DNA from: Tubiluchus corallicola
Lineage: Eukaryota; Animalia; Priapulida
NCBI GenBank assembly: GCA_030141605.1
Contig: JAQGDQ010002396.1
Location: forward strand, 1-64,000
Reading direction: 5' to 3'
DNA: 64,000 nt
Part shown: piece by piece, positions 51,242-61,656 of the stretch
Layout: each line of letters begins with the position of its first letter
Numbering within the stretch: the stretch's first letter is position 1
The notes under the pieces: generated by a model
What the model was told of the DNA's origin: nothing
Seen by the model: only the letters and a program-made list of their open reading frames with translations
The model's database searches: none
Translations under genes and position numbers: made by a program

Positions 51242-52231
51242 TTATTCTGTTTTTTTCAAAGGTGTTATATTGATATCATAAAAAAGCTTTATATCGCTAT
51301 TTTCTTCTTGATTTTCAGTTGTTAGCAGCTTATCGCCATAGAAGATTGAGTTTGCGCCTGCCATAAAGCATAGAATTTGCGCTTCTCTTGTCATATTTTT
51401 TCGCCCTGCGCTTAGACGCACTTTTGATAATGGCATGAGAATACGGGCTGCCGCTATCATACGGATAATATCCAGAGAATCAGGAGGAGGCGTATTTTCA
51501 AACGCCGTTCCTTTAACAGGAACAAGAGCGTTTATAGGAACGCTTTCAGGATGAGGCGATAAAGATGTTAAAACCTGTAACATTGCGGCTCTGTCTTCAA
51601 TGGTTTCTCCCATACCGACAATACCGCCACAGCAAATTTCAATACCGGCCTTTCGAACATATTGAAGTGTTTTTAGGCGATCTTCAAATTTCCGTGTTGT
51701 AATAATCTCTTTATAGAAACGAGGGCTTGTATCAATATTATGATTGTATGCTGTAAGGCCGGCTTGCGCGAGCTCTTTCGCCTGATTTTCTGTTACCATT
51801 CCAAGAGTAACGCAGGCTTCTAGACCTAGTGATCGGACGTTTTTAATCATCTGTAAAATTCGATTGAAATTTTCTCCATGGCAGGCTTCTCTGAAGGCAG
51901 CTCCCATACAAAAGCGGCTGGCTTTATTTTTTTTTGCGACTCGTGCTTGCTCTGTAACAGTTTCCACATCTAAAAGAGCGTGTGGTTTTAGCGCGACTTT
52001 TTTGGAATATCGTCCTGATTGAGGGCAATACTTACAGTCTTCGGGACATCCTCCTGTTTTAATACTTAATAAACTGGCAAGCTCAACGGTATGTTCATTA
52101 CCGTAAGCGAGGCGATGAACCGCCTGAGCTTCATAAAGAAGATCAAAAAAAGGGCGGTTTAAAAGAGAAACAATTTCAGAAAGCGCCCAGTCATAACGGA
52201 GCGTATTTTGAGTATTTTGTGTAGAATTCAT
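51242..52231 (-). CDS. bioB: Biotin synthase
   Basis: Radical SAM motif CPEDCKYC, YNHNIDT, ESVPIN, GANSIFYGDKLLT. Confidence 0.97.
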   Translation of the reverse strand: MNSTQNTQNTLRYDWALSEIVSLLNRPFFDLLYEAQAVHRLAYGNEHTVELASLLSIKTGGCPEDCKYCPQSGRYSKKVALKPHALLDVETVTEQARVAKKNKASRFCMGAAFREACHGENFNRILQMIKNVRSLGLEACVTLGMVTENQAKELAQAGLTAYNHNIDTSPRFYKEIITTRKFEDRLKTLQYVRKAGIEICCGGIVGMGETIEDRAAMLQVLTSLSPHPESVPINALVPVKGTAFENTPPPDSLDIIRMIAAARILMPLSKVRLSAGRKNMTREAQILCFMAGANSIFYGDKLLTTENQEENSDIKLFYDINITPLKKTE

Positions 52232-52292
52232 GATTGATAAAAGCTCTTAAATTATATTGTTTATATTTTTAGTGAGAATTTAACTTAGGCTT

Positions 52293-52661
52293 TTAAATAC
52301 GACCATAAGTATCTTCTAGGCGGACAATATCATTTTCATCGAGCTTTTCGCCATATTGAACTTCGATAAAAACTAGGGGGTTCTCTCCTGGGTTTTCAAC
52401 GCGATGAACTGTTTCCACAGGGATAAAAACATGATCATTTTCTTTTAAATTGAGGATTTTTTCTCCTACTGTCACAGTAGCGACGCCGTGTGCGATTGTC
52501 CAATGCTCGTCTCGTCCGTGATGAAGCTGCAGGGATAGTTTTTCTTTAGGTTTGACGGTGATTCTTTTAACGGTATATCGTTCGCCTATGGCGAGCACTT
52601 CCCATTTTCCCCATGGTCTTTCGTCGAAAGCTCCGACTTCATAACGATTTTCTACACTCAT
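52293..52661 (-). CDS. Stand-alone cupin, mannose-6-phosphate isomerase type II C-terminal domain
   Basis: RPWG, VKRITVKP, LSLQLHHGRDEHW, IEVQYG, EDTYGR. Confidence 0.9.
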   Translation of the reverse strand: MSVENRYEVGAFDERPWGKWEVLAIGERYTVKRITVKPKEKLSLQLHHGRDEHWTIAHGVATVTVGEKILNLKENDHVFIPVETVHRVENPGENPLVFIEVQYGEKLDENDIVRLEDTYGRI

Positions 52662-52830
52662 AATGATTCTCTTTCAGTCAATGATTTTTAATAGCGTTTA
52701 TTCCTTTATTTATTGTAGCGAATGTTGATTGATTTTCAAATATTCTTTGTTATGATAAAGTTTCAACTGAGATTTTATGATTTTATTTAAAAATGCCTTT
52801 TCTAAAAAGCACGAGAATTATGGAGTTGAT

Positions 52831-54132
52831 ATGATTTCCCGTTACAGTCGTCCGGAAATGGTTTCTATTTGGGAAGCTGAGAATAAATTTCGCATTTGGC
52901 TTGAGATTGAAGCGCTTGCCTGTGAAGCGCAGGCTGAGCTTGGAGTCATTCCTGAGCGAGCGGCGAAAATGATTCGTGAAAAAGGAAATTTTGATATCGC
53001 GAGAATTGATGAGATTGAAAAAGAGACGCGTCATGATGTTATTGCTTTTTTAACCTGCCTTTCAGAATATATCGGAGAGTCGGCTCGATTTGTTCACCAA
53101 GGAATGACATCGTCAGATATTTTGGATACATGTTTATCTGTGCAGCTGAAACAATCGGCCGAGCTTTTACTGCGGGGTATTGACGCTGTGATGGAAGCGT
53201 TGAAAAAAAGAGCCTTTGAGACAAAAAACATCCCGACAATCGGCAGGAGTCACGGTATTCATGCGGAACCTGTGACGTTTGGTTTAAAGATGGCGCGATT
53301 TTACGCGGAGTTTGATCGCAATCGCAAGCGTCTTGAAGCTGCGCTGAGGGAAATATCAACATGTGCGATCTCAGGGGCTGTTGGAACATTCGCGACAATC
53401 GATCCTTATGTTGAGAATTATGTTGCTGAAAAGCTTGGTCTTGATATTGAACCGATATCAACACAGGTTATTCCTCGGGATCGGCATGCTTTTTTCTTTG
53501 CGACACTTGGAGTTATTGCTGGTTCTATTGAAAATGTCGCGGTTGAAATTCGCCATCTTCAAAGAACAGAAGTTTATGAAGCGGAAGAGTTTTTCGCCAA
53601 GGGTCAGAAAGGGTCTTCTGCCATGCCTCATAAGCGAAATCCGATATTATCAGAGAATTTAACAGGCTTGGCTCGTTTAGTTCGCTCTGCGGTTGTTCCT
53701 GCTTTAGAGAATGTTGCTTTATGGCATGAAAGGGATATTTCTCATTCTTCTGTAGAGCGTGTTATCGCTCCGGATGCGACTATAACGCTTGATTTCGCGT
53801 TATATCGTCTTGCGAATGTTATTGAGAATTTATTGATATACCCACAGCCCATGGAAACAAATCTTAATAAATTACGGGGGCTTGTTTTTTCTCAGCGGGT
53901 TCTTCTCGCGTTGACGCAAGCGGGGATCAGTCGTGAGGATGCGTATAAAATTGTTCAGCGTAACGCTATGAAAGTATGGCGAGACAATAAAGCTGAGTTT
54001 TATGAAGTTCTTCTTGATGATCCTGATATTAAAACCGCACTGGATGAAAAGGCGTTACAGTCTGCTTTTGATTATAATTGGTATTTTCGGAATATTGACA
54101 CTATTTTTGATCGGGTTTTCTCTGAAGGCTGA
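52831..54132 (+). CDS. purB: Adenylosuccinate lyase
   Basis: MISRYSRPEM, RHDVIAF, GRSHGIHAEP, GSSAMPHKRNP; ATG 52831 follows GGAG. Confidence 0.98.
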   Translation: MISRYSRPEMVSIWEAENKFRIWLEIEALACEAQAELGVIPERAAKMIREKGNFDIARIDEIEKETRHDVIAFLTCLSEYIGESARFVHQGMTSSDILDTCLSVQLKQSAELLLRGIDAVMEALKKRAFETKNIPTIGRSHGIHAEPVTFGLKMARFYAEFDRNRKRLEAALREISTCAISGAVGTFATIDPYVENYVAEKLGLDIEPISTQVIPRDRHAFFFATLGVIAGSIENVAVEIRHLQRTEVYEAEEFFAKGQKGSSAMPHKRNPILSENLTGLARLVRSAVVPALENVALWHERDISHSSVERVIAPDATITLDFALYRLANVIENLLIYPQPMETNLNKLRGLVFSQRVLLALTQAGISREDAYKIVQRNAMKVWRDNKAEFYEVLLDDPDIKTALDEKALQSAFDYNWYFRNIDTIFDRVFSEG

Positions 54133-54212
54133 ACTTTACTGAAAGGGCAGGTTAAAAAAATCGCGTAAATATAAGGGTATCATGGAAATTAATTAAATAG
54201 GGGGAGATTGCT

Positions 54213-55415
54213 ATGTCAACTATGGCAAAAAGATTATCATTGATTAAACCATCCGCAACATTAGCTGTATCAAAAAAAGCCGCCGACTTACGAGCGAGCG
54301 GTCGTGATATTATCGGTCTTGGTGCAGGAGAGCCCGATTTTGATACGCCATCGCATGTTATTGATGCTGCTATTGATGCTATGAAAGCAGGGAAAACACG
54401 TTATACTCTTGTTGCCGGTACAGTCGAGCTGCGTGAGGCGATTTGCAGAAAATTCAGTCGGGAGAACGATCTGCATTATGAGCTTGATCAAGTGACAGTA
54501 AGTTGTGGTGGAAAGCAAACGATTTATAACGCTATTATGGCGTCTGTAAATCCTGGAGACGAAGTGATTATTCCGGCGCCTTATTGGGTTTCTTATCCTG
54601 ATATTGTTCTTCTGGCGGAAGGTAGGCCTGTTTTTATTCCTTGTTCCTTGGAGGATAATTTTAAAATGACTCCGGAAAGCCTAGAGAAAGCTATTACAGA
54701 GCGTACACGATGGCTTATTTTGAATTCGCCTTCAAATCCTACGGGCGCCGCTTATACAAAAGAGGAGTTAAAAGAAATCGCCGCTGTTTTATGCCGTCAT
54801 CCTCATGTTATGGTGATGACAGACGATATTTATGAGCATATTTTATTTGAAAACCGTTCTTTTTATACAATCGCGCAGGTTGAGCCGGAACTTTACGATA
54901 GAGTGCTGACTTTAAACGGTCTTTCAAAAGCGTTTTGCATGACGGGATGGCGTGTTGGCTATGCCGCAGGTCCTAAGGAACTTATTGGGGCAATGAATAA
55001 GATTCAATCTCAAAGCACAACCCATACAAGTTCGGTTTCTCAAGCGGCTTCTGTTGCGGCTTTGGATGGCTCCTTGGATTTTCTCAAGCCGCAAGTTGAG
55101 GCTTTTGAACGGCGCGCACGCCTTGTTGTAGAGCGTCTTGGCAGTATTGAGGGGCTTAGCTGTATTATGCCCGATGGCGCGTTTTATGTTTATCCGTCCT
55201 GCCAGGGGATGATCGGCCGGAAAAAACCAGATGGTCAAGTTATTAAGACAGATGAGGATTTTGTAACCTGGCTTTTGGAAGACGCGGAAGTCGCCGCTGT
55301 TCACGGAGAGGCTTTTGGTCTTTCTCCTTATTTCCGTGTTTCCTGCGCGACATCAGACGATATATTAAAAAAAGCATGCGATCGTATCGCTAATAGTTGC
55401 TTATTATTAAAATAA
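54213..55415 (+). CDS. aspC: Aspartate aminotransferase (PLP class I/II)
   Basis: GEPDFDTP, NSPSNPTG, DDIY, SKAFCMTGWRVG. Confidence 0.93.
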   Translation: MSTMAKRLSLIKPSATLAVSKKAADLRASGRDIIGLGAGEPDFDTPSHVIDAAIDAMKAGKTRYTLVAGTVELREAICRKFSRENDLHYELDQVTVSCGGKQTIYNAIMASVNPGDEVIIPAPYWVSYPDIVLLAEGRPVFIPCSLEDNFKMTPESLEKAITERTRWLILNSPSNPTGAAYTKEELKEIAAVLCRHPHVMVMTDDIYEHILFENRSFYTIAQVEPELYDRVLTLNGLSKAFCMTGWRVGYAAGPKELIGAMNKIQSQSTTHTSSVSQAASVAALDGSLDFLKPQVEAFERRARLVVERLGSIEGLSCIMPDGAFYVYPSCQGMIGRKKPDGQVIKTDEDFVTWLLEDAEVAAVHGEAFGLSPYFRVSCATSDDILKKACDRIANSCLLLK

Positions 55416-55485
55416 CATATAATATTATAATAGTACGAGCTTTAGAGCTTATTTATGTAAAAAGTAAATTAAGGAGAGGCCTATT

Positions 55486-56781
55486 ATGAGAAAAATGGCA
55501 ACTATATGTTTTATAGTATTATCTATTTTTATGTTAGGAGAGAGCAGTCTGGCTCAGAATATTTTAAATGTTGCCGTGATTACAGCGAGTGATCATGACG
55601 GAAATGTCCCTGAGAATACAGTTGACCGGAGTTTAAAAAGCCGTTGGTCAGCGGAAGGAGAGGCGTGGATTATCTACGAGCTTTCCGCGGTATCTGATGT
55701 TACTGCCGTGAATATTTCATTTTTTAAAGGTAATGAGCGGCGGCAGATTTTTGCCATTGATCTTTCCGAGAACGGTCAGACATGGAAGAGGATTTTCTAT
55801 GGAGAAAGTAGCGGAAAGACAACAGAGCTGGAGCGATATGAATTTCCTTCTGAAAAAGCAAAATTTATAAAAATTATGGGATGGGGAAATACCTCTAACC
55901 CATGGAATTCTTTAACACAGTTTGAGGCGATAGGAAAAGGCGCTTTAAGTAAGAACAAATCCCAATATAAAAAGGGGCCTGTTTTTAAAACATCTGCGGC
56001 GATTGCGGCAGCAAGTAAAAAAGAAAAACAGGATAATTTTGCCCAAAAATATGAAGCACCATCATCTTTCCTTTGGGAGCGGCACTTTTCCAAAGACTGG
56101 CAGCAAAAGTGGAAACTGTTTTCTGATAAAAGATTTGGCTTGTCTGAAAATATTACCTATCGGGAAGAAAAAGGCAGACCGTATATCAGAGTTCGTTTCC
56201 CTGCGAAATCCATCAATCCTGGATCGGTCAACAGCCGTGGGACACCTCTTGGGGGAGCGCAGTTTTATACAAAGAATATTTTAACCCCTTCCGATGAGAT
56301 GGAGCTGAGCTATTTTGTAAGATTTTCAAATAATTTTGATTTTGTTAAGGGAGGCAAGCTTCCAGGTCTGTATGGTGGTGACAGAAACGCTAGTGGTAAA
56401 AGAATTCCTGACGGAGTCAGCGGTTTTAGCACACGGTTCATGTGGCGCGCCAACGGTGATGGAGAAGTGTATGCTTATCTGCCAACAAGTAGCAGCTCTG
56501 GAACCTCTATAGGCAGAGGGCAATGGAAATTCACTCCTGGCAAGTGGCATCATATTGTTCAGCGGATTGCGCTCAATACACCAGGAAAAGAAGATGGTCA
56601 AATAATTGTTTATCTTGATGGTAATAAAGTGTTGGAAAGAGGAGATATTTCTTTTAGGACAGCGGATAGTTTAAAGATTGACGGTTTGTTTTTCTCTACA
56701 TTTTTTGGTGGCTCTGATCCTAGCTGGGCAACACCAAAAGATGTTTATATTGATTATGCCGACTTTAAAATTGCCCGCTGA
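55486..56781 (+). CDS. Secreted polysaccharide lyase: F5/8-type C (CBM32) domain plus PL14 catalytic domain
   Basis: Signal peptide ending SLA; discoidin motifs (ASDHDGNVPEN, SRWSA); PL14 signatures GGKLPGLYGG, GFSTRFMWR, GEVYAY, FSTFFGG. Confidence 0.88.
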   Translation: MRKMATICFIVLSIFMLGESSLAQNILNVAVITASDHDGNVPENTVDRSLKSRWSAEGEAWIIYELSAVSDVTAVNISFFKGNERRQIFAIDLSENGQTWKRIFYGESSGKTTELERYEFPSEKAKFIKIMGWGNTSNPWNSLTQFEAIGKGALSKNKSQYKKGPVFKTSAAIAAASKKEKQDNFAQKYEAPSSFLWERHFSKDWQQKWKLFSDKRFGLSENITYREEKGRPYIRVRFPAKSINPGSVNSRGTPLGGAQFYTKNILTPSDEMELSYFVRFSNNFDFVKGGKLPGLYGGDRNASGKRIPDGVSGFSTRFMWRANGDGEVYAYLPTSSSSGTSIGRGQWKFTPGKWHHIVQRIALNTPGKEDGQIIVYLDGNKVLERGDISFRTADSLKIDGLFFSTFFGGSDPSWATPKDVYIDYADFKIAR

Positions 56782-56908
56782 TAAAAGCCGATTTTTTTAT
56801 TAATATTTAGGTGAATGCTGGACTCTAGTTTTGAAATAAAGTAAGCTTTAAGTTATGAGGAAAAGATGCATAAGCCTATAAGGTATTGCATAAAAAAAGG
56901 CAGCGTTT

Positions 56909-59458
56909 ATGGAAAGCACAATCTATAGGGTTCAACGGCAAGTAGAGAGCAGGAAATTAGAAACTGTATGGTTACTTGCTAAAAGCTTTCCTAGTTGCCT
57001 TTCTTTTATGCAAACGGGAGCGCATCCTGATGACGAAGCCAGCCATCTCCTTGCCTACTTAGCCAGAAAACATGGTATGCGTGTTCTTTGGACATGTGCG
57101 ACAAGAGGAAAAGGAGGGCAGAATGCTATAAGCGCTCACGCGGAAGGAGCGTTGGCTTTAATGCGCACACAGGAAATGGCGGAAGCCGCTCGGAAAATAC
57201 CGATGTCCGTTCATTGGATCAATGAAAATGAGCAGGATACAATCTGTGATTTTGGTTTTTCTGTCTCAAAAAAAGAGACAGAGGAAAAATGGAGTAAAGA
57301 AAAATTCCTGAAAAGACTTGTTACTATTATTCGGCGGGAAAAGCCGGATATTTTATGCCCGTCTTTTTTAGATGTTCCTGGTCAGCATGGGCATCATCGA
57401 GCCGTGACGGAAGCGACAATTGAGGCTTTTGAGCTCGCGGCGTCTTCATCGTATAAGACGGGCGATCTGAAACCATGGTCTGTCGGAAAGCTTTACGAAC
57501 CTGCCTGGTCTGGAAAAGGGCAAACCTATGATGATGACACGCCTCCGCCTGAAGCGTCAACAACTCTTGACACACAAGAGTATGATCCTTTCGCGGGAGC
57601 AACCTACTGTCAGATAGGGGAGCAATCAAGATTCTTTCATAAAACGCAGGGAATGGGACAGTGGCTCGGGGAAAATCAAGAGGAGATTCCTTTCTTCGGG
57701 CAGAGAAAATTTTCTCTGCATCTTCTGAAGTCACGTGTAGATCATGGTATGGAAGATCATGAAGACACTATTGAGAAGGGATTCTCTGTAACCTTTCTGG
57801 ATTGGGCTGAAAAACTGCCCAAGGACTTAAAAGAGCCTATGGAAACGCTCGGAAAAACCCTTGGCGGTTTTGCGTCATTATTTCCGCGCTTTGAGGAAAT
57901 GACTGCTTGTGCGTTTGACTGTTTAGAGATGATTTCCTCTATACAGGTTATTTTGAAAAAAAAGGATTATATATCCTTTTTTGACTCTTTAAATCACCGT
58001 CTATGTCATAAGGCGCGGCAGCTTAACGCGCTAATAGCGTTAACATCCAATATTGTCTCTCGGTTTGAAATTAGTGAATCTCCTTTAATCGCGCGTCAGA
58101 AAAACACGTTTGAAATCCATATTTTTAACGGAGGATCGTTCCCTGTTGGTCTATCGAAAATTCATATAGAGGCTCCATCAGGCTGGTTCGTTCATATAGA
58201 GCCGTTTCATCACGACACGATTTTAAAAGAAAATGAAGCTCTATCCATACCTGGTTTTATTATTCCGAGTAAAAATGATGATCCTGCACTATTGTTTGAT
58301 AAAGAGTTTGATCCTTTAAGGCGTTTTGATCGTGTGAAAGCAAGTGTGACTCTTCAATGGGGCAATCGAGAGTGGACACAGGATATTCACCCCGAGCGGA
58401 AACTCTATACTCTTCCTGAGGTTTATCTTAAAAATCAAACGCTGAAATTTTTATGTTCTCAAAAATCTACACAGGAGCGTATCGTTCTTTTTAATGCGTC
58501 AGAGCAGAAAAAAGACGGGGAAATAACGGTTGAGTTTACAGAGAAAGAAGCGCCGGAAGTTACGAGTGAAGCGATAACCCTTCAGCCGTTCACAGAGCAA
58601 GGCGCGGCTTTATCCGTACCTTTTGATACAAAATATCAAGATAAAATATATAATTTTCAGCTTTATTTTAATCACCATCCTCTTTACCTTTATGAGGAGA
58701 TTGATCTCCCGCATATAGGTCAAAGTCTTCCCTATGTTAAGAAAGCAGAAGGAAAGCTTTTATCTTTAGGAGGAAAGCCTGTATGCCCGTTGCGCATTGG
58801 ATGGGTCAACAGTGGTAATGATACGGTCAATAGAGAGCTTAGGCAATTGGGATTTCAAGTAACGGAGCTGTCGGCTTCTTGCTTGCGCACAGTTTCTCTG
58901 CGGGCATTTGATACGATTCTTATTGGGATTTGTGCGCGTGCGAATCTAGGTGAGGTTTTTGATAGATTTATGGAAAATGTTTGCCAATGGGTTTATGAGG
59001 GTGGGAATCTTGTCAGCTTGTATCAACGGGGGCAGGATGGACCGGATATGTCTTCATTATGGCCTGGCAAGCTTGTTTTTGGCGCGCCTTCCTTACGATG
59101 GAGGGTGACGAATCCACAGGCTCCTATCGTTATGAAGCGGCAGGATCATCCTCTTTTCCGCTCGCACTACACAATAGAAGAAGAGGATTGGGATAATTGG
59201 ATTCATGAACGAGGCTTGTATTTTGTTGATGAGAGAGCGTCGGCTTATGAATCTTTATTGACAGTTCAGGATCCTATAGCGGATACTATTTTTGATGGCG
59301 CGTTAGTTTCGGGTGTTTTTGGAAAAGGGCGCCATACGCACTGCGCGTTAAGTTTACATAGGCAGCTTAATCATATGGTTCCTGGTGCTGTGCGGCTTTT
59401 TGTTAATCTTATTTCGTCTCCGGAGGCTCAAAAAAAATACGCCGAAAATAAAGCTTGA
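56909..59458 (+). CDS. Large PIG-L/LmbE-family deacetylase with C-terminal GATase-like domain
   Basis: GAHPDDE, TRG.GGQN, R..E and HGHH motifs; C-terminal GGNLVSLY and WDNWIHERGLYF; no signal peptide. Confidence 0.9.
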   Translation: MESTIYRVQRQVESRKLETVWLLAKSFPSCLSFMQTGAHPDDEASHLLAYLARKHGMRVLWTCATRGKGGQNAISAHAEGALALMRTQEMAEAARKIPMSVHWINENEQDTICDFGFSVSKKETEEKWSKEKFLKRLVTIIRREKPDILCPSFLDVPGQHGHHRAVTEATIEAFELAASSSYKTGDLKPWSVGKLYEPAWSGKGQTYDDDTPPPEASTTLDTQEYDPFAGATYCQIGEQSRFFHKTQGMGQWLGENQEEIPFFGQRKFSLHLLKSRVDHGMEDHEDTIEKGFSVTFLDWAEKLPKDLKEPMETLGKTLGGFASLFPRFEEMTACAFDCLEMISSIQVILKKKDYISFFDSLNHRLCHKARQLNALIALTSNIVSRFEISESPLIARQKNTFEIHIFNGGSFPVGLSKIHIEAPSGWFVHIEPFHHDTILKENEALSIPGFIIPSKNDDPALLFDKEFDPLRRFDRVKASVTLQWGNREWTQDIHPERKLYTLPEVYLKNQTLKFLCSQKSTQERIVLFNASEQKKDGEITVEFTEKEAPEVTSEAITLQPFTEQGAALSVPFDTKYQDKIYNFQLYFNHHPLYLYEEIDLPHIGQSLPYVKKAEGKLLSLGGKPVCPLRIGWVNSGNDTVNRELRQLGFQVTELSASCLRTVSLRAFDTILIGICARANLGEVFDRFMENVCQWVYEGGNLVSLYQRGQDGPDMSSLWPGKLVFGAPSLRWRVTNPQAPIVMKRQDHPLFRSHYTIEEEDWDNWIHERGLYFVDERASAYESLLTVQDPIADTIFDGALVSGVFGKGRHTHCALSLHRQLNHMVPGAVRLFVNLISSPEAQKKYAENKA

Positions 59459-59473
59459 TAAAGGAAAATTTCT

Positions 59474-60730
59474 ATGAAAAAACAGATATATATGTTTCTT
59501 TTTATGATGGGTATTTTTATAATCACGGTAGGAAACGCTTTTGCTGAAAAAGTTGAAATTGAATATTGGCAATATTCATATAAAACACGTATGGACGCTG
59601 TCAATAAGCTTATTAAACAATTTGAGCAGGATAATCCCACTATAAAAGTTAAGCATGTGACGATTCCTTACGCGAGTTATCGGACGAAAATCACCGCCGC
59701 TATTGGAAGTGGACAGGGGCCTGATCTTGTTCAGTTATATTATGGTTGGTTGGATGATTTTCTGAAAGCTGGGCTTTTGCAACCTTTATCAGAAGATATT
59801 TTCGATTATCAAAATCTAGACGATGAATTTTTTGATATGGTTAATATTATGAAGAAAGAGGGGCGATATTATGCTCTTCCAACGGCTGTTCGCTCCTTGG
59901 CGCTTTTCTGGAACAAGGATATTTTCAAAGAAGTTGGGCTTGATCCCGAGCGCCCTCCAAAAACACTTGAGGAACTTCGGGAGTATGCTAAAAAGCTTGC
60001 GAAATATGATAAAAGGGGCAATATTATTCGCCTTGGCCTTTCCATTTCGATGATAGGTCAGGGGCATCATTGGTGGAGAGAGGTTCTTGTCCGACAATTT
60101 GGTGGTATTCCTTATACGGACGATTACACGCGTGTTACCTATCAGGACAAAGGTGGAAAAGAGGCTATTGACTATTTATCTTATTTTTTACGGGATGATT
60201 TAACGTCAAAAACGTCCTTTACAGCGGAAGAGGCCATTGGATTTACAAGTGGTCTTCAGGCTATGCAAATTGACGGCTCGTTTCGCTTGGGGACATTTGA
60301 CACCGCTAGGCGGTTAAATTATGGAGTGGCGGAACTTCCGGAGCATAACGGTATCAAGTCGACGTTTGCTTCTTATTGGGTGAATGGCGTGACAACGAAG
60401 GCAAAGGGAGCCAAAGCGCAAGCCGCAATGAAATTTCTACGTTATCTAACCTCTGAAGAGGCAATGGCGACATGGATGGATGTTGTCGGAGAGCTTCCTG
60501 CGAGAAAATCAATAGCTCTGCAGGATAAATATCTCAATCATCCGAAGTATGGCCCTTTTATTAAGGGGCTTTCCTATGCGCATGCTACGGTTTTTGTGAA
60601 CGAGACGGAGCAGCGGAAAATCACGAGTCAAATGCTGGATCGTGTTATTTTAGAAAATGTCTCTTCGGAAGAGACGGTTCAGCGGGCTGCGCAGGAAGAG
60701 CAAAGACTTATCGATAACGCGTTACAATAA
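59474..60730 (+). CDS. Carbohydrate ABC transporter (CUT1) substrate-binding protein
   Basis: Signal peptide ending AFA; GPDL, LFWNKDIF, PPKT motifs. Confidence 0.93.
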   Translation: MKKQIYMFLFMMGIFIITVGNAFAEKVEIEYWQYSYKTRMDAVNKLIKQFEQDNPTIKVKHVTIPYASYRTKITAAIGSGQGPDLVQLYYGWLDDFLKAGLLQPLSEDIFDYQNLDDEFFDMVNIMKKEGRYYALPTAVRSLALFWNKDIFKEVGLDPERPPKTLEELREYAKKLAKYDKRGNIIRLGLSISMIGQGHHWWREVLVRQFGGIPYTDDYTRVTYQDKGGKEAIDYLSYFLRDDLTSKTSFTAEEAIGFTSGLQAMQIDGSFRLGTFDTARRLNYGVAELPEHNGIKSTFASYWVNGVTTKAKGAKAQAAMKFLRYLTSEEAMATWMDVVGELPARKSIALQDKYLNHPKYGPFIKGLSYAHATVFVNETEQRKITSQMLDRVILENVSSEETVQRAAQEEQRLIDNALQ

Positions 60731-60743
60731 AAGATAATAGCTG

Positions 60744-61640
60744 ATGAAACAATGGTATAATAATCTAACAATTTACCAACGGCGTGTTATTAAAGCGTGG
60801 TTATTTTTATCTGTTCCGCTTCTTTATTTTATTGGTGTCCGCTTTATACCCACGTTAAGCACATTTGCGCTTTCATTTATGGAATGGAGTGTGCTTGGGG
60901 AAAAAACATGGGTCGGGTTTGGTAATGTTCATCAAATGATTCAAGACCCTGTGTTTTTAAAAAGTTTTCAAAATACATTTGTTTATGTATTTATAGGGAT
61001 TCCTATAAGCTTGCTGCTGTCTTTTTTAATTGCGTATGCGTTGGATAAAGTTATTTGGGGACATACATTTTTACGGTCGCTTTATTTTCTTCCTTTTATG
61101 ACGACAGCGGCTGTTATCGGGTGGGTATGGCGCTGGATGTACCAGCCGCTTCCTACGGGTATTTTTAATAATATTCTGAGCGCGATTGGCTTTGATCCTC
61201 AGCCTTTTCTTTTTTCCACAAGCCAATCTCTTTTAGCGATTTTAGCCGCGAGTGTCTGGCAAGGGCTTGGATTTAATATTATTATTTTTATTGCGGGTTT
61301 ACGAGCGATTCCTTCTAGTTATTATGAGGCTGCCCGTATTGATGGTGCTGGCGAGGGGATGATTTTGGTGGATATTACGTTACCGCAGTTAAAGCCGACG
61401 ATTATTTTTTTGACTATTATGTCTTCGATCGGATTTTTGCGAATATTTGATTTTATCTATAATATGACTCATGATGGCGAAGGGGGACCTTTGGATTCAT
61501 CGCGAACACTTGTTATCCATATTTATAAAACAGCCTTTGATAACTATCAAATGGGGTATGCCGCTCTTCAAACAGTTGTTCTTTTTCTGTTTATTCTTAT
61601 CTTTACGATTCTACAGATGAAGTTGCTAAAGGCACGATAA
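60744..61640 (+). CDS. Carbohydrate ABC transporter permease (MalF/UgpA-like)
   Basis: EAA loop YYEAARIDGA, ITLPQLKP, MGYA. Confidence 0.95.
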   Translation: MKQWYNNLTIYQRRVIKAWLFLSVPLLYFIGVRFIPTLSTFALSFMEWSVLGEKTWVGFGNVHQMIQDPVFLKSFQNTFVYVFIGIPISLLLSFLIAYALDKVIWGHTFLRSLYFLPFMTTAAVIGWVWRWMYQPLPTGIFNNILSAIGFDPQPFLFSTSQSLLAILAASVWQGLGFNIIIFIAGLRAIPSSYYEAARIDGAGEGMILVDITLPQLKPTIIFLTIMSSIGFLRIFDFIYNMTHDGEGGPLDSSRTLVIHIYKTAFDNYQMGYAALQTVVLFLFILIFTILQMKLLKAR

Positions 61641-61656
61641 AAAGGAAAGAAAACAG

